From contig CAXBLY010000001.1 in the NCBI GenBank assembly GCA_963976865.1, positions 580,354 through 644,353 on the forward strand: DNA of 64,000 nucleotides, in the 5' to 3' direction. Shown piece after piece: positions 19,005 to 29,925 of the stretch (its first letter is position 1; every line of letters begins with the position of its first letter). The position numbers were made by a program, and so were the translations under genes. The notes under the pieces are model-generated. The model was given only the letters and a program-made list of their open reading frames with translations. It did not search any database and was not told the origin of the DNA. This DNA comes from an uncultured Gammaproteobacteria bacterium (GTDB lineage: Bacteria; Pseudomonadota; Gammaproteobacteria; UBA4575).

Positions 19005-19616
19005 ATGTCTCAAGGTACCCTTTATATTGTGTCTGCTCCATCAGGAGCAGGGAAAACCAGTTTGCTCAAGGCGGTTCGTTCAGAACTGAAAGAGGTTAAA
19101 GTGGCCGTCTCTCACACGACACGAAATCCAAGGCCAGGTGAAATCGATGGTGAACACTATCATTTCGTGTCCAGGCAGGAATTTCAAAAAATGAAAGAAG
19201 ATGATGATTTTCTGGAATTTGCCGAGGTGTTTGGTAATTTTTATGGAACTTCCAAACAGTCTGTGAATTCTCTGCTAGCCGCGAGGATAGGCGTGGTACT
19301 CGAGATTGACTGGCAGGGTGCCCGGCAAGTACGAAAAATATACCCGCAGGCGGTATCAATATTTATTCTGCCACCTTCCATCGAGGAGCTGGAAAAGCGC
19401 CTGCGGACAAGAGGGCAAGACTCAGATGATGTCATACAGGGACGTATGCAACAGGCTCAAAGCGAAATAAGTCACTATGAGGAATATCAATACCTGATAA
19501 TCAATGATGATATTAATCAGGCTATTCAGATACTGACGAAAGTGTTTTTGCAGCCAGAAGATTATTCACCACCCAATCAGGACAAGCTGAATCAGTTACT
19601 TTCCGGAATGAAATAA
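19005..19616 (+). CDS. gmk: guanylate kinase
   Basis: P-loop [12 protein letters not shown] and the conserved Gmk core ([24 protein letters not shown]), 203 aa. Confidence 0.95.
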   Translation: MSQGTLYIVSAPSGAGKTSLLKAVRSELKEVKVAVSHTTRNPRPGEIDGEHYHFVSRQEFQKMKEDDDFLEFAEVFGNFYGTSKQSVNSLLAARIGVVLEIDWQGARQVRKIYPQAVSIFILPPSIEELEKRLRTRGQDSDDVIQGRMQQAQSEISHYEEYQYLIINDDINQAIQILTKVFLQPEDYSPPNQDKLNQLLSGMK

Positions 19617-19700
19617 TGCTGAATCACATGAGTAGTTTATAAGTGTAAAATCGACTACACTTTAAACATTGGAATATATACAAAATAACAGGAGAAAAGC

Positions 19701-20072
19701 GTGGCACGCGTAACCGTAGAAGATTGTCTAGAAAAAATTGATAACCGCTTCAAACTCATTATGGTCGCCAGTAAACGAGCCAGACAGATTGCGATGGGAA
19801 CGGAACCTTTAGTGGAGTGGGAAAACGATAAACCGACGGTGGTTGCTTTACGCGAAATAGCTGACGAGTTAATTACCGAAGAGTCACTAAAAGAAACGCC
19901 GCTAAGCAGTTCTGAAGAATTACTTTCTGAAGAGATTGGCGAAGTCGACGCGCTAGCCGCAGCATTGCATGCAGAAATCGGGATTGAATTGAGCCAGATG
20001 AAATCCGAAGAGCCGGAACAGAATTCAACACCAGAAGCGCCAGCCACTGATAATACTGAACAGGGTCGGTAG
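19701..20072 (+). CDS. rpoZ: DNA-directed RNA polymerase subunit omega
   Basis: [32 protein letters not shown] matches RpoZ. GTG start with GGAG RBS at 19691. Acidic C-terminal tail. The gmk-rpoZ-spoT order is conserved. Confidence 0.9.
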   Translation: MARVTVEDCLEKIDNRFKLIMVASKRARQIAMGTEPLVEWENDKPTVVALREIADELITEESLKETPLSSSEELLSEEIGEVDALAAALHAEIGIELSQMKSEEPEQNSTPEAPATDNTEQGR

Positions 20073-20094
20073 TACCCTGTTGGTTTAGTTTTAT

Positions 20095-22278
20095 ATGGCG
20101 ACGGCAGTCACTCCAAATTCAACTAATACACTAAGCACTGCTAACCCATCGCGGTTTTTAATAAGTGAATTATGCGAGTTACTCGATTCGTATCTGGAGC
20201 CCGCACAAGTCAAGCAAGTCTACAATGCATATCTGTTCAGCGCTGAAGCACATGAAGGGCAAAAGCGCTTAACAGGTGAGCCTTATATATACCATCCTTT
20301 GGCAGTGGCAAAAATCATGGCAGAAATGCGCCTTGATTATCAAAGTATTACTGCAGCAATATTGCACGATGTAATAGAAGACACGCCAACAGCCAAAGAA
20401 CAGATTAAAGAAAAGTTCGGTGAAGATGTTGCTGAACTGGTTGATGGTGTCAGCAAACTCACGCATTTAACATTTAATTCGCGCGCCGAAGCACAGGCTG
20501 AAAATTTCCGTAAAATGATGTTGGCAATGGTGCGTGATATTCGCATCATTATAGTTAAGCTTGCTGATCGCTTGCATAACTTGCGCACAATCAGTGTGAT
20601 GCGTAGTGACAAGAAGCGCCGTATTGCAAAAGAAACACTGGATATATACGTACCTATTGCGCAACGCTTAGGTATGCACAAGGTCAGGGTTGAGCTCGAA
20701 CATCTGGCATTTCAGGCGATGTATCCGATGCGTTATGGGGCATTGGAAAATGCGGTTAAAAAAAGTCAAAAAAGCCGCAGGCAGATAATGCGGGAGGTGG
20801 AAACATCAATCTGTGCTCAACTGGAAACAGCTAATATAGAAAGTAGAATTTTTGGGCGAGAGAAAAATCTTTATAGCATCTATAAAAAAATGCGTGCTAA
20901 AAGCATATCATTCTCGGAAGTATATGATGTATATGCAATACGACTGTTAGTGAAAGATATCGATACCTGTTATCGAACTATGGGTGTCGTTCATAACCTG
21001 TATAAGCCGGTTCCGGGAAAATTCAAGGATTACATTGCAATCCCAAAGAAAAACGGATATCAGTCCCTGCATACAATTTTATTTGGGCCTAAAGGTGTTG
21101 TAGTAGAGGTGCAAATAAGAACAGAAGAGATGGATGTCATTGCGGAATCAGGAGTAGCAGCGCACTGGATATACAAGACAGGTGACGGGAAAACAGGAAC
21201 ACTTGCATCACCTGCAAGCACACGCAAGTGGATTGCTGAAATTATGGAAATTCAACAGAACACAGGAAATTCACTGGAATTTCTGGAAAGCGTTAAAGTC
21301 GATCTGTTCCCTGACGAGATTTATGTTTTCACACCTGCAGGAGACATTATTGTATTGCCGCGTGGCAGTTCTGCCGTTGATTTCGCTTATGCAGTGCATT
21401 CGGATCTGGGTAATACCTGTGTGGCTGCAAAAATAGACAGAAGAATATCACCGTTAAGTATTCGTCTGGAGAATGGCCAGACAGTTGAAGTGATATCTAC
21501 TCCAACCGCGAGACCAAAAACAAGCTGGCTAAACTTTGTAACTACCAATAAAGCCAGAGTTAATATTCGTCACTACCTTAAAAACCTGCAAAGAGAAGAA
21601 GCCATCAAACTCGGAGAGCGATTATTTAAAAAATCATTCTCGGCCTATAACCAATCATTTGATCAGGTTAAGAAACAAGATATCGAAAAATTACTTAAAA
21701 GCACTAATCTGGCCTCGCTGGAAGATCTGTATGCTGAAATCGGGTTGGGGGAGCGAGTCGCGGAACTGATGATACAAAGCCTGCTGGGCCTGGATGGGGT
21801 TAAGCCTAAACGAAAACGGAAATCTGATAAGGAAACCGCGCTGGCTATTCGTGGCACCGAAGGCGTGGTGGTTAATTTCGGCAAGTGCTGTAGTCCTATT
21901 CCTGGCGATCAAATTATAGGGATTATGACTTCTGGTAAAGGCCTGGTGATTCACAGGGAACGTTGCCGCAATATCGATCGTAAGAATGCATTTAAGGATA
22001 AATGGGTCACTGTATCCTGGGCAGAAGACCACGAGCAGGATTTTGTAGCGACAGTACGTGTAGAAACAATTAATCAGCGAGGAGTGCTTGCAACACTTGC
22101 CGCGCGAATTGCAGCAGCAGGGTCAAATATAGATGACATTGTCTTTGAAGATAAAGACGGCAAAAGTACCACTATTACTTTTGCGATAGGTGTGCGTGAC
22201 CGGAAGCAACTTGCCAGTATAATTCGTACACTTCGCAGTAATCCAAATGTACTTAAAGCTTCCCGCATGCGCGGTTAA
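20095..22278 (+). CDS. spoT: bifunctional (p)ppGpp synthetase/hydrolase SpoT
   Basis: HD hydrolase motif (HDVIEDT), RelA/SpoT synthetase domain, TGS and ACT C-terminal domains, 727 aa, located after rpoZ as in E. coli and Pseudomonas. Confidence 0.9.
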   Translation: MATAVTPNSTNTLSTANPSRFLISELCELLDSYLEPAQVKQVYNAYLFSAEAHEGQKRLTGEPYIYHPLAVAKIMAEMRLDYQSITAAILHDVIEDTPTAKEQIKEKFGEDVAELVDGVSKLTHLTFNSRAEAQAENFRKMMLAMVRDIRIIIVKLADRLHNLRTISVMRSDKKRRIAKETLDIYVPIAQRLGMHKVRVELEHLAFQAMYPMRYGALENAVKKSQKSRRQIMREVETSICAQLETANIESRIFGREKNLYSIYKKMRAKSISFSEVYDVYAIRLLVKDIDTCYRTMGVVHNLYKPVPGKFKDYIAIPKKNGYQSLHTILFGPKGVVVEVQIRTEEMDVIAESGVAAHWIYKTGDGKTGTLASPASTRKWIAEIMEIQQNTGNSLEFLESVKVDLFPDEIYVFTPAGDIIVLPRGSSAVDFAYAVHSDLGNTCVAAKIDRRISPLSIRLENGQTVEVISTPTARPKTSWLNFVTTNKARVNIRHYLKNLQREEAIKLGERLFKKSFSAYNQSFDQVKKQDIEKLLKSTNLASLEDLYAEIGLGERVAELMIQSLLGLDGVKPKRKRKSDKETALAIRGTEGVVVNFGKCCSPIPGDQIIGIMTSGKGLVIHRERCRNIDRKNAFKDKWVTVSWAEDHEQDFVATVRVETINQRGVLATLAARIAAAGSNIDDIVFEDKDGKSTTITFAIGVRDRKQLASIIRTLRSNPNVLKASRMRG

Positions 22279-22312
22279 CAGTTAACTATTCAATTAATCA
22301 AGGAGAAACACT

Positions 22313-22693
22313 ATGACTAAAACGATCATAGCTACTGATCGTGCGCCCCAGGCTATTGGTACTTATTCTCAGGCGGTAAAAGCGGGTACTACGGTGTATA
22401 TGTCAGGGCAAATTCCACTGGATCCCGCTACCATGGAGTTGATCGAAGGAGGTATCGAGGATCAGATTAAACGTGTTTTTGATAATCTTTCCGCAGTTGC
22501 TGAAGCGGCTGGAGGCACATTCGATAATATAGTGAAATTGAATATCTACTTAACAGATTTATCATGTTTTCCAACAGTGAACGAAATAATGTCGACGTAC
22601 TTCAGACAACCATACCCTGCACGTGCAGCAGTGGGTGTAGCTTCACTGCCAAAGGGTGCACAAGTAGAAATGGATGCAGTTCTGGAACTTTAA
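22313..22693 (+). CDS. ridA: RidA family reactive enamine/imine deaminase
   Basis: 126 aa, YjgF/chorismate-mutase-like fold signature ([22 protein letters not shown]). Strong RBS AGGAGA. Confidence 0.85.
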   Translation: MTKTIIATDRAPQAIGTYSQAVKAGTTVYMSGQIPLDPATMELIEGGIEDQIKRVFDNLSAVAEAAGGTFDNIVKLNIYLTDLSCFPTVNEIMSTYFRQPYPARAAVGVASLPKGAQVEMDAVLEL

Positions 22694-22715
22694 AGGTTAA
22701 GCACTATTTTTTACC

Positions 22716-24785
22716 GTGAGTGAGCTACAAATTCTACCTGGCATTACTGCCAAGGCAGTAGAAAATTTAGCCAAGTTAAATATCTTCACGCTGTTTGATT
22801 TACTGTTTCATCTGCCACTGCGCTATAACGATCGTACGGTAATCACAAAAATCTCTGACATTACCTGCAATAACGAATTGCAGGTGGTAGGTCAGGTATA
22901 CAACGCCAAGGTGGTCTTTGGACGCCGCCGCATGATGACGGCGACATTACAGGATGATACCGGCGAGATCACGCTACGCTTTTTTCACTTTAACAGCAGC
23001 CAGCTAAAGGGTCTGTCTGATGGCAAGCGAGTGGTCTGTTTTGGTGAGCCGCGCCGGACAGGTAACCGGATCGAAATGATCCATCCACAGTATCGTGTGC
23101 TGCAGGAACACGAAACGGTCACGCTCTCGGATCGACTTGAACCGGTGTATCCTACAACTAAAGGACTACAACAAAAGCGCTTGCGGTCACTGGTTGATGC
23201 AGCGCTTAAATGGGCCAAACAGCAGGAAACTGTGTTTGAGGATGTACTGGCCAGTATGCCCGGCAGACCAGGCGAAGCTACTCCCATCCTGGCAATGTTA
23301 AACGAAGTTCATAAACCTCGTGCAGATACAGATAAACAGGCTTTGCTAGACAGGACGCACCCTGCGCAACAAAAACTGGTTTTTGATGAACTGCTTGCTC
23401 ATCATCTAAGTATTATGAAAATCCGTGTGCGTAGTAACCTGCGTAAAAGTTACAGGCTGACCCCCAATGAATCCCTGGTAAAGCCGTTTATTCAGAACCT
23501 GCCATTTAGGCTGACTAATGCTCAGGCTAAAGTACTGGAAGAAATCAAAACTGATATGGCTGCAGAGCATCCCATGATGCGACTTGTACAGGGAGATGTA
23601 GGTAGCGGCAAAACGGTTGTGGCATTGGTGGCATGTCTTTATGCAGTAGAAAATCATTTCCAGGCCGCCATCATGGCACCGACCGAGTTACTTGCAGAAC
23701 AGCATTACAGGTATTTCACCAATCAACTATTACCCCTGGGTATACAGGTTGCGTGGCTTTCATCTGGCTTGCCAGCCAGAAAAAAAAGGGAAATGCTGGA
23801 ACTGATTGCAAGCGGTACAGCATCAGTAGTAGTTGGTACTCATGCGTTGTTTCAGGATTCAGTGGAATTTAAAAACCTGGCGTTAAGTATCACTGATGAG
23901 CAACACCGGTTTGGTGTGCAGCAGCGTTTGCAGCTTACCCGGAAAGGCTCCGCAGATACTATCTATCCTCATCAATTAACTATGACTGCAACGCCAATAC
24001 CGAGGACATTGGCTATGAGCATGTATGCACATCTTGATTATTCGGTTATTGACGAACTTCCGCCGGGAAGAAAACCTATTAAAACTGTCGCCATCGCTGA
24101 TTCAAGACGTGATGATATTATCGAACGTATACGAGAGATATGTCAGGAAGGTGCTCAGGTTTACTGGGTTTGCAGTTTAATCGAAGAATCAGATGCACTA
24201 CAAAGTCAGGCAGCAACAGATACGCATGCCTATCTTCAGTCACAGCTAACGGAGCTTAACACCGGCCTGTTGCATGGACGCCTGAAGTCTGCAGAAAAAG
24301 ACGCAGTGATGCAGGACTTTATTAATAAAAGAATCAATGTGCTGGTAGCAACCACTGTAATTGAAGTTGGTGTCGATGTGCCCAATGCAAGTTTAATGAT
24401 TATAGAAAATGCAGAACGTTTTGGTCTCGCGCAACTACATCAATTGCGAGGTCGCGTTGGCCGTGGTGAAAAACAGAGCAGCTGTGTGCTTCTATATAAG
24501 GCACCGCTTGGAGATCTGGCGAAGAGAAGACTGGAAGCACTGCGGGAAACCACAGATGGATTTGAGCTTGCACGAGTAGATCTGGAAATTCGTGGGCCAG
24601 GGGAGGTATTAGGGACCAGGCAGTCAGGAGACATGCAAATGCATATTGCTAACCTGAGTAAAGACCTGGCATTGTTACCTGATGTGCAAAAAGCAGCTCA
24701 CTGGTTACTGGAGAATCATCCTGAACGAGTAGATACGGTGTTGAGAAGATGGCTTGGAAATGCTGTTGAATACGCCAACGCCTAG
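22716..24785 (+). CDS. recG: ATP-dependent DNA helicase RecG
   Basis: Wedge domain and helicase motifs (GDVGSGKT, DEQHRFG, QLRGRVGRG), 689 aa, GTG start. Conserved spoT-ridA-recG order. Confidence 0.93.
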   Translation: MSELQILPGITAKAVENLAKLNIFTLFDLLFHLPLRYNDRTVITKISDITCNNELQVVGQVYNAKVVFGRRRMMTATLQDDTGEITLRFFHFNSSQLKGLSDGKRVVCFGEPRRTGNRIEMIHPQYRVLQEHETVTLSDRLEPVYPTTKGLQQKRLRSLVDAALKWAKQQETVFEDVLASMPGRPGEATPILAMLNEVHKPRADTDKQALLDRTHPAQQKLVFDELLAHHLSIMKIRVRSNLRKSYRLTPNESLVKPFIQNLPFRLTNAQAKVLEEIKTDMAAEHPMMRLVQGDVGSGKTVVALVACLYAVENHFQAAIMAPTELLAEQHYRYFTNQLLPLGIQVAWLSSGLPARKKREMLELIASGTASVVVGTHALFQDSVEFKNLALSITDEQHRFGVQQRLQLTRKGSADTIYPHQLTMTATPIPRTLAMSMYAHLDYSVIDELPPGRKPIKTVAIADSRRDDIIERIREICQEGAQVYWVCSLIEESDALQSQAATDTHAYLQSQLTELNTGLLHGRLKSAEKDAVMQDFINKRINVLVATTVIEVGVDVPNASLMIIENAERFGLAQLHQLRGRVGRGEKQSSCVLLYKAPLGDLAKRRLEALRETTDGFELARVDLEIRGPGEVLGTRQSGDMQMHIANLSKDLALLPDVQKAAHWLLENHPERVDTVLRRWLGNAVEYANA

Positions 24786-24790
24786 CAACA

Positions 24791-25078
24791 CTAGACAGTC
24801 ATAGTCCCGATTACCATAACGCCGATTAACTTGGCACATAAGAAAAAGCCAAGCAGGATGCCAAGTTTGCTAAAGATACCAGAGTCTGGCTTAAAGGCCT
24901 GGACTATACTGAGCAGCGTACCAAGCACTGCCAACACCAGTGCTGCCCAATAAAGCATGCTGAAACAGGTCGATTCACACACACGACCGTCAAAAGGCCC
25001 GCTCAATAGGCTATAAACCAGTGCGACAGTGATGCCCCAGCCAAGTAAAATTAATGTATTTGCTGTAACTGTATTCAT
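24791..25078 (-). CDS. small integral membrane protein (95 aa), unknown function
   Basis: Three predicted TM helices. Starts 12 nt downstream of the BASS transporter gene on the same strand. Confidence 0.5.
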   Translation of the reverse strand: MNTVTANTLILLGWGITVALVYSLLSGPFDGRVCESTCFSMLYWAALVLAVLGTLLSIVQAFKPDSGIFSKLGILLGFFLCAKLIGVMVIGTMTV

Positions 25079-25090
25079 AAGTATCTATAT

Positions 25091-25996
25091 TTAATATGAT
25101 TTTTTAGCCCAATAACTAGCAAGTAAAGAACCTGTGACATTGTGGACTACGGAAAACAATGCAGCCGGTAACGCGCTAGTAGCACCAAAGAATTTTACTG
25201 CCAGAGCCACAGCCAGTCCAGAGTTTTGCATACCCACCTCAATAGCAATGGTTTTGCTCAAGGTTTTATCGAATGTGAATAGTAGTGTTGTGAAATAGCC
25301 TAAAACCAGACCAGAGACATTATGAGCAAGCACTAACCCCACTAGAATCGGGCTCACACTCAATAAATTGTCTTTATTCAAGGCAACGATAATGGCGATT
25401 ATGAAACAAATCAGAATGATAGAAAGGTCGGCACCAAATTTCTGAATTGGTAACACGACAATACGCAGGTACTGGTTAAGCAGCACTCCCAGGCTCACAG
25501 GTAGCACGACAATATAAAAAATCTTTGTCATTATGCTGAATATGTCTACCTCAACAGTATGATTTAGATAGGCGTAGGCAAGTAATGGGGTTGCAACCAC
25601 AGCCAGAATTGTACTGATGGCCGTCAGCGTGATGGAAAGCGCCACATCGGCCTTGCTGATATAGCAAATCACGTTAGATGCTGTACCACCAGGCACACTG
25701 CCCACTAGAATCATGCCTGCCATCAGTGCAGGAGTTAATCCGGCAAGCAGGCTTAACTGCCATGCGATAAGAGGCATACAACCAAACTGCAGGAACAGGC
25801 CGAGCAATATCAGGGGATAGCGTTGTAACGCTCTCTTGAAGTCCTGCAGTGTCAATGTTGAGCCCATACAAAACATCACTATACCGAGCAGGTACACAAT
25901 CCATGATTTATGTCCTGCCAGCCAGCCAGGCGAGAAATATGCGAATGTACTGACAGTTATTGCCAGTAAAGGGAAATAGCGTTGTAGTAAAGACAT
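25091..25996 (-). CDS. bile acid:sodium symporter (BASS) family transporter
   Basis: 301 aa polytopic membrane protein with SBF-family sequence character (LGLFLQFGCMPLIAW, GGTASNVICY). Confidence 0.8.
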   Translation of the reverse strand: MSLLQRYFPLLAITVSTFAYFSPGWLAGHKSWIVYLLGIVMFCMGSTLTLQDFKRALQRYPLILLGLFLQFGCMPLIAWQLSLLAGLTPALMAGMILVGSVPGGTASNVICYISKADVALSITLTAISTILAVVATPLLAYAYLNHTVEVDIFSIMTKIFYIVVLPVSLGVLLNQYLRIVVLPIQKFGADLSIILICFIIAIIVALNKDNLLSVSPILVGLVLAHNVSGLVLGYFTTLLFTFDKTLSKTIAIEVGMQNSGLAVALAVKFFGATSALPAALFSVVHNVTGSLLASYWAKKSY

Positions 25997-26067
25997 GCAG
26001 TTAATTTTTCACAGAATATTTTGAATATGGGACAGCGGAATAGTGTTAGAGATTGGCCGCTAATGAT

Positions 26068-26403
26068 TTAGAATTGCGCGTAGATAGCACCATTGTCGAT
26101 CCTGATACTTACAGATTCCAATAATTTTCCGGTACAGGGCCCATAAATACAGCGACCACTGTCGATTTCAAATAATGCACCATGATTGGCGCACTGGATA
26201 TAGTCTTTATCGTAACTTAAGAATACATCAGGCGACCAGTTTAAAGGGGCCAGATTATGTGGACAGCTATTTAGATAAGCAAAGACAGTATTATGATGGC
26301 GTACAATAAAAATATCACGCGCAGGGGTGAACTCTGATATAACAAAACTACGTGAATCTACTTCAGCTAATTCGTCGAAATCACAAAGTTTAATAAGAGG
26401 CAT
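26068..26403 (-). CDS. Rieske [2Fe-2S] domain protein (small ferredoxin-like)
   Basis: CPH...(16)...CANHG Rieske cluster-binding boxes, 111 aa. Confidence 0.8.
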   Translation of the reverse strand: MPLIKLCDFDELAEVDSRSFVISEFTPARDIFIVRHHNTVFAYLNSCPHNLAPLNWSPDVFLSYDKDYIQCANHGALFEIDSGRCIYGPCTGKLLESVSIRIDNGAIYAQF

Positions 26404-26408
26404 ATTGT

Positions 26409-26831
26409 TTGAATGATCTGAATATTAAATTTACCGATTCATTGCAGGTCGAAGAGTATTTTTACCGGGCTTTTAGAACGGGCAGTATTGAATTGATGAA
26501 AGATATCTGGGACAAAACAGATGAGGTAATTTGTATACATCCAGGTTCACCAAGAATTTATAGTTTCGACCTGATTATAGCAAGCTGGAAACAAATATTT
26601 TCTGCACAGTCAGGGACTTCAATTGAAATCAGCGAACCTGTATACAAGCTGCTAGATGGTATTTCAGTTCACTATGTAAAAGAAACACTCTCTATCAGTA
26701 ATAAAACAGTTGTATCTGTGTATGCCACAAATATATACCGTCAAACCCAGGATGGCTGGAAGATGATAGCCCACCACGCCAGTCCTGCCTTTGCCGATAC
26801 AGAAGCGAAAATAAATCCAAGTCTGCATTAA
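26409..26831 (+). CDS. NTF2-like / SnoaL-like (DUF4440-type) protein
   Basis: 140 aa. The pattern EEYFYRAFRTGSIELMKDIWDKTDEV...GWKMIAHHASP is typical of the ketosteroid-isomerase-like fold. Confidence 0.5.
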   Translation: MNDLNIKFTDSLQVEEYFYRAFRTGSIELMKDIWDKTDEVICIHPGSPRIYSFDLIIASWKQIFSAQSGTSIEISEPVYKLLDGISVHYVKETLSISNKTVVSVYATNIYRQTQDGWKMIAHHASPAFADTEAKINPSLH

Positions 26832-26847
26832 TGCAGGGATAAATGAT

Positions 26848-28077
26848 TTAATTATTATGGGTTCTCGGATCCAGCTCATTAACTGTGGGTGAAGTTTTGG
26901 GAATAGCAACAAAATTATCTTTACGCGCTGGGTCCACAGATGTGGAGATAAACATTCTCCAGCAGATTAAAAGTGCCAGTATGAAGTGAATTGCGGCAGT
27001 GAAATAAAATAACATATAGTAATTATAGCTATACATTAAACTTGAGCCGATCAATGGGCCCAGTGCAGCACCAATCGAATATAACAATAGTAGACCACCA
27101 CTTATTTCCAGAGCATCGTTAGTGCCAACATAGTCATTCGCATGTGCCAGACACAAGGCATACAGGGGAAAAGAGAATGCACCAAATAACGTAGTTAAAG
27201 CATACAGCCAGACTAGCCCCTCTGTTAAATGGGTAATAATGACAACTGCGATTATCACAGACCCCACACTGGCAAAGGTAATTATCAATCGTCGATCAAC
27301 CAGATCAGATATCCATCCCAGAGGCCATAATGCAAGCACACCTCCCAGCACAGACATACTCATAAACCATGTCACCTGTTCGACTGTCAGGCCGTAGTCC
27401 AGCGCAAACAAGGGTCCCAACGTCCAGAATGCGCCAGTAGCAAGGCCAACACACAAAGCACCTATCACGCCTGCAGGTGAAATACTGTATAGCCACATAA
27501 TTCTTAATTGAGCTCTGGCGACAGGAGTAGGTGTAGGTGACTTCGTAAGCGCTACAGGGATGACAGCTAATGACAGCAAGATAGACGCAAATATGAATAA
27601 TATAAATCCGGTCGGATGCGATATGCTAATTAGCTGTTGCCCGGCAATAATCAGAGTGAGATTGATTAAAGTATAAAATGATAAAATTCTTCCGCGACTC
27701 GCATTGGTTGCGCGATCATTTAGCCAGCTTTCAATGACCATCTGCATACCTGCAAAACATAAACCTGAAAGTGCACGTGCCAGCCACCAGGTGACCTCGT
27801 TAATTATCAGAATGTGTAACAACACACTGACCGACGCTATGGCAGCAAAGGCGGTAAATGACCGAATATGGCCCACACGCACCACCATCCAGGGGCAGAT
27901 AGTGCAGCCAAGTATCAAGCCAACATAAAATGCAGAGCCCATAATCCCTATTGAAAGCGCAGTGAAAGTTTCTATATCTGCGCGTATAGGTAATAAAGTC
28001 CCTTGAAGGCCGTTACTTGTCTGAATCAGTGCAGTACTGAATAACAGTGCAATAATTGAAAGTAGAGTGATTCGCAT
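26848..28077 (-). CDS. MFS transporter
   Basis: 409 aa with 12 predicted TM segments and the MFS-like motif GRILSFYTLINL. Confidence 0.75.
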   Translation of the reverse strand: MRITLLSIIALLFSTALIQTSNGLQGTLLPIRADIETFTALSIGIMGSAFYVGLILGCTICPWMVVRVGHIRSFTAFAAIASVSVLLHILIINEVTWWLARALSGLCFAGMQMVIESWLNDRATNASRGRILSFYTLINLTLIIAGQQLISISHPTGFILFIFASILLSLAVIPVALTKSPTPTPVARAQLRIMWLYSISPAGVIGALCVGLATGAFWTLGPLFALDYGLTVEQVTWFMSMSVLGGVLALWPLGWISDLVDRRLIITFASVGSVIIAVVIITHLTEGLVWLYALTTLFGAFSFPLYALCLAHANDYVGTNDALEISGGLLLLYSIGAALGPLIGSSLMYSYNYYMLFYFTAAIHFILALLICWRMFISTSVDPARKDNFVAIPKTSPTVNELDPRTHNN

Positions 28078-28203
28078 AGCATCATTAAAGCATGAGTTAT
28101 GCCAGTCTGAGGAAAATAAATCTCTGGAAGTTTGACGAGCGTAATAACATCAACCTGCCTTATAAATCTTTGCTTGTAACGTCAAGCCCAGAACAGGGCA
28201 AAA

Positions 28204-29925
28204 TCAAAAATAGTAGAAAATCAAACAGGCACTCAGTAGCACGGCTACCCAGATCACCATATTACCCACCGAAGCGCCACGTGCGATTGGACTTTTAGGA
28301 CCATGTGTCTGAAAGGCTGATGTTGTAATTATACCGAGGCTGAGTTGCTTGAAATTCTGAACGTATGTGAGTAACGAAGCGAACGCTGTGGAAAGTGTAC
28401 TGAGCAAGCCATTGAGTGGTTTTCGGTAGAACCAGTCGAAGTCAAGGTTGATCGATTTGATTTCTGGTGGGTACCAGCCATTTCTAAACAATACCACGAA
28501 AGCCAATGCAGCGAAGAACAGTAACTGAAGCTGAGTGATGATGTGATCAAACGTATATGGGTGGAACTCCATCCCATATGGTAACCATTGATAGAGCAGA
28601 TCAGGGAATACCCCAATAAGTATGCAGGCGGCCGCAGTCATGCCCATGGCAACTAACATGTTCAAAGGTGCTTCTTTGCACTGGTGGTGTTGGTCGTGAG
28701 CAAAGAAACTAAAGAAGGGTACTTTAATCCCTGAGTGGTCTAACACACCGGCAGAGGCAAATAATAAAACCAGCCAAATGATCCAGTGCCCTTGTTCTGC
28801 GACAGCGTATAAGATAATACCTTTAGAAATGAAGCCGCTAAATAAAGGAAATGCTGAAATCGACATAGCGCCGATAATGCAAAAGATGGTTGTCCACGGC
28901 ATCGATTTATACAGACCGCCTAATTCTGATGCTTTGACTGTGCCGACACGATGTAACACCGCACCCATACTCATAAACAGTAGTGCTTTATACAGAATGT
29001 GGCTGAAGGCATGAGCGGCAGTACCATTAAGTGCCAGTTCAGTACCCACCCCCACACCCACAACCATAAAGCCAAGCTGGTTGTTTAAGCTGTATGAGAG
29101 CACTTTGCGTAAATCATTTTCCAATACTGCAAAAAAGATCGGAAAAGCAGTCATGAGAGCGCCAATCCAGATCAGGGATTCTGTCCCGGCATAAGCTCGG
29201 GCCAGACAATACACAGCCAGTTTTGTGGTAAAGGCGGAAAGGGCCACTGTCCCTACCGGGCTTGCATGTGGATAAGCATCTTGCAGCCAGTTGTGCAGTA
29301 GCGGGAATGCGCACTTGATACCAAAGGCCAGGAAAATCAACAGACCTGATAATGTATCAATAGTCATGGCATTGAAAAGTATCGACTCCGTCTGCTGGTA
29401 GTGCAAAATACTTCCAAGTAATAAAAGCAGTCCTGAAGTGATGTGAATCAACAGGTATCGCATCCCGGCCTGCTTTGATTGATTGCTGCCGCCCAGCCAC
29501 ACAATAACAGTCGAAGAAATCGCGCTGATTTCCCAAAAGATAAACAGTGTGAGTAAGTCACCAGCCAATACAGCACCAATTGCCGAGCCGGCATAAATTG
29601 CAATAGAGGACTGCTCTGCTTTATTAGAACTGTGTAGTGAGTACACTGCTGCCAGAAATGCAGCAAGAATAAAAATTAATGTGAAAATCCAGCTTAAACC
29701 GTCAATTCGTATTGGGTCTAAAGTGTAACCAAATGTATTGATAGTAAGGATGAGTTCATCTGGATAATTTAAAAACCCCGCAAGTGCTATCAATGGCAAT
29801 GCAAATGTAGCCACGCGGCGCATATTCCCTGGCATAAACATCATGACAATGCCGCCCAGAATCAAAATAATACCAGGATGATTTACGAAATCATTCGAAA
29901 AGAAATCAATCATAATAATCCTCAT
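28204..29925 (-). CDS. Mrp/complex-I antiporter-like subunit, NuoL/MrpA N-terminal-domain-like (573 aa)
   Basis: Proton_antipo_M core (LLHNWLQDAYPHASPVGTVALSAFTTKLAVY). The longest of three paralogous antiporter subunits, with no MrpB-like C-terminal fusion. Confidence 0.8.
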   Translation of the reverse strand: MRIIMIDFFSNDFVNHPGIILILGGIVMMFMPGNMRRVATFALPLIALAGFLNYPDELILTINTFGYTLDPIRIDGLSWIFTLIFILAAFLAAVYSLHSSNKAEQSSIAIYAGSAIGAVLAGDLLTLFIFWEISAISSTVIVWLGGSNQSKQAGMRYLLIHITSGLLLLLGSILHYQQTESILFNAMTIDTLSGLLIFLAFGIKCAFPLLHNWLQDAYPHASPVGTVALSAFTTKLAVYCLARAYAGTESLIWIGALMTAFPIFFAVLENDLRKVLSYSLNNQLGFMVVGVGVGTELALNGTAAHAFSHILYKALLFMSMGAVLHRVGTVKASELGGLYKSMPWTTIFCIIGAMSISAFPLFSGFISKGIILYAVAEQGHWIIWLVLLFASAGVLDHSGIKVPFFSFFAHDQHHQCKEAPLNMLVAMGMTAAACILIGVFPDLLYQWLPYGMEFHPYTFDHIITQLQLLFFAALAFVVLFRNGWYPPEIKSINLDFDWFYRKPLNGLLSTLSTAFASLLTYVQNFKQLSLGIITTSAFQTHGPKSPIARGASVGNMVIWVAVLLSACLIFYYF

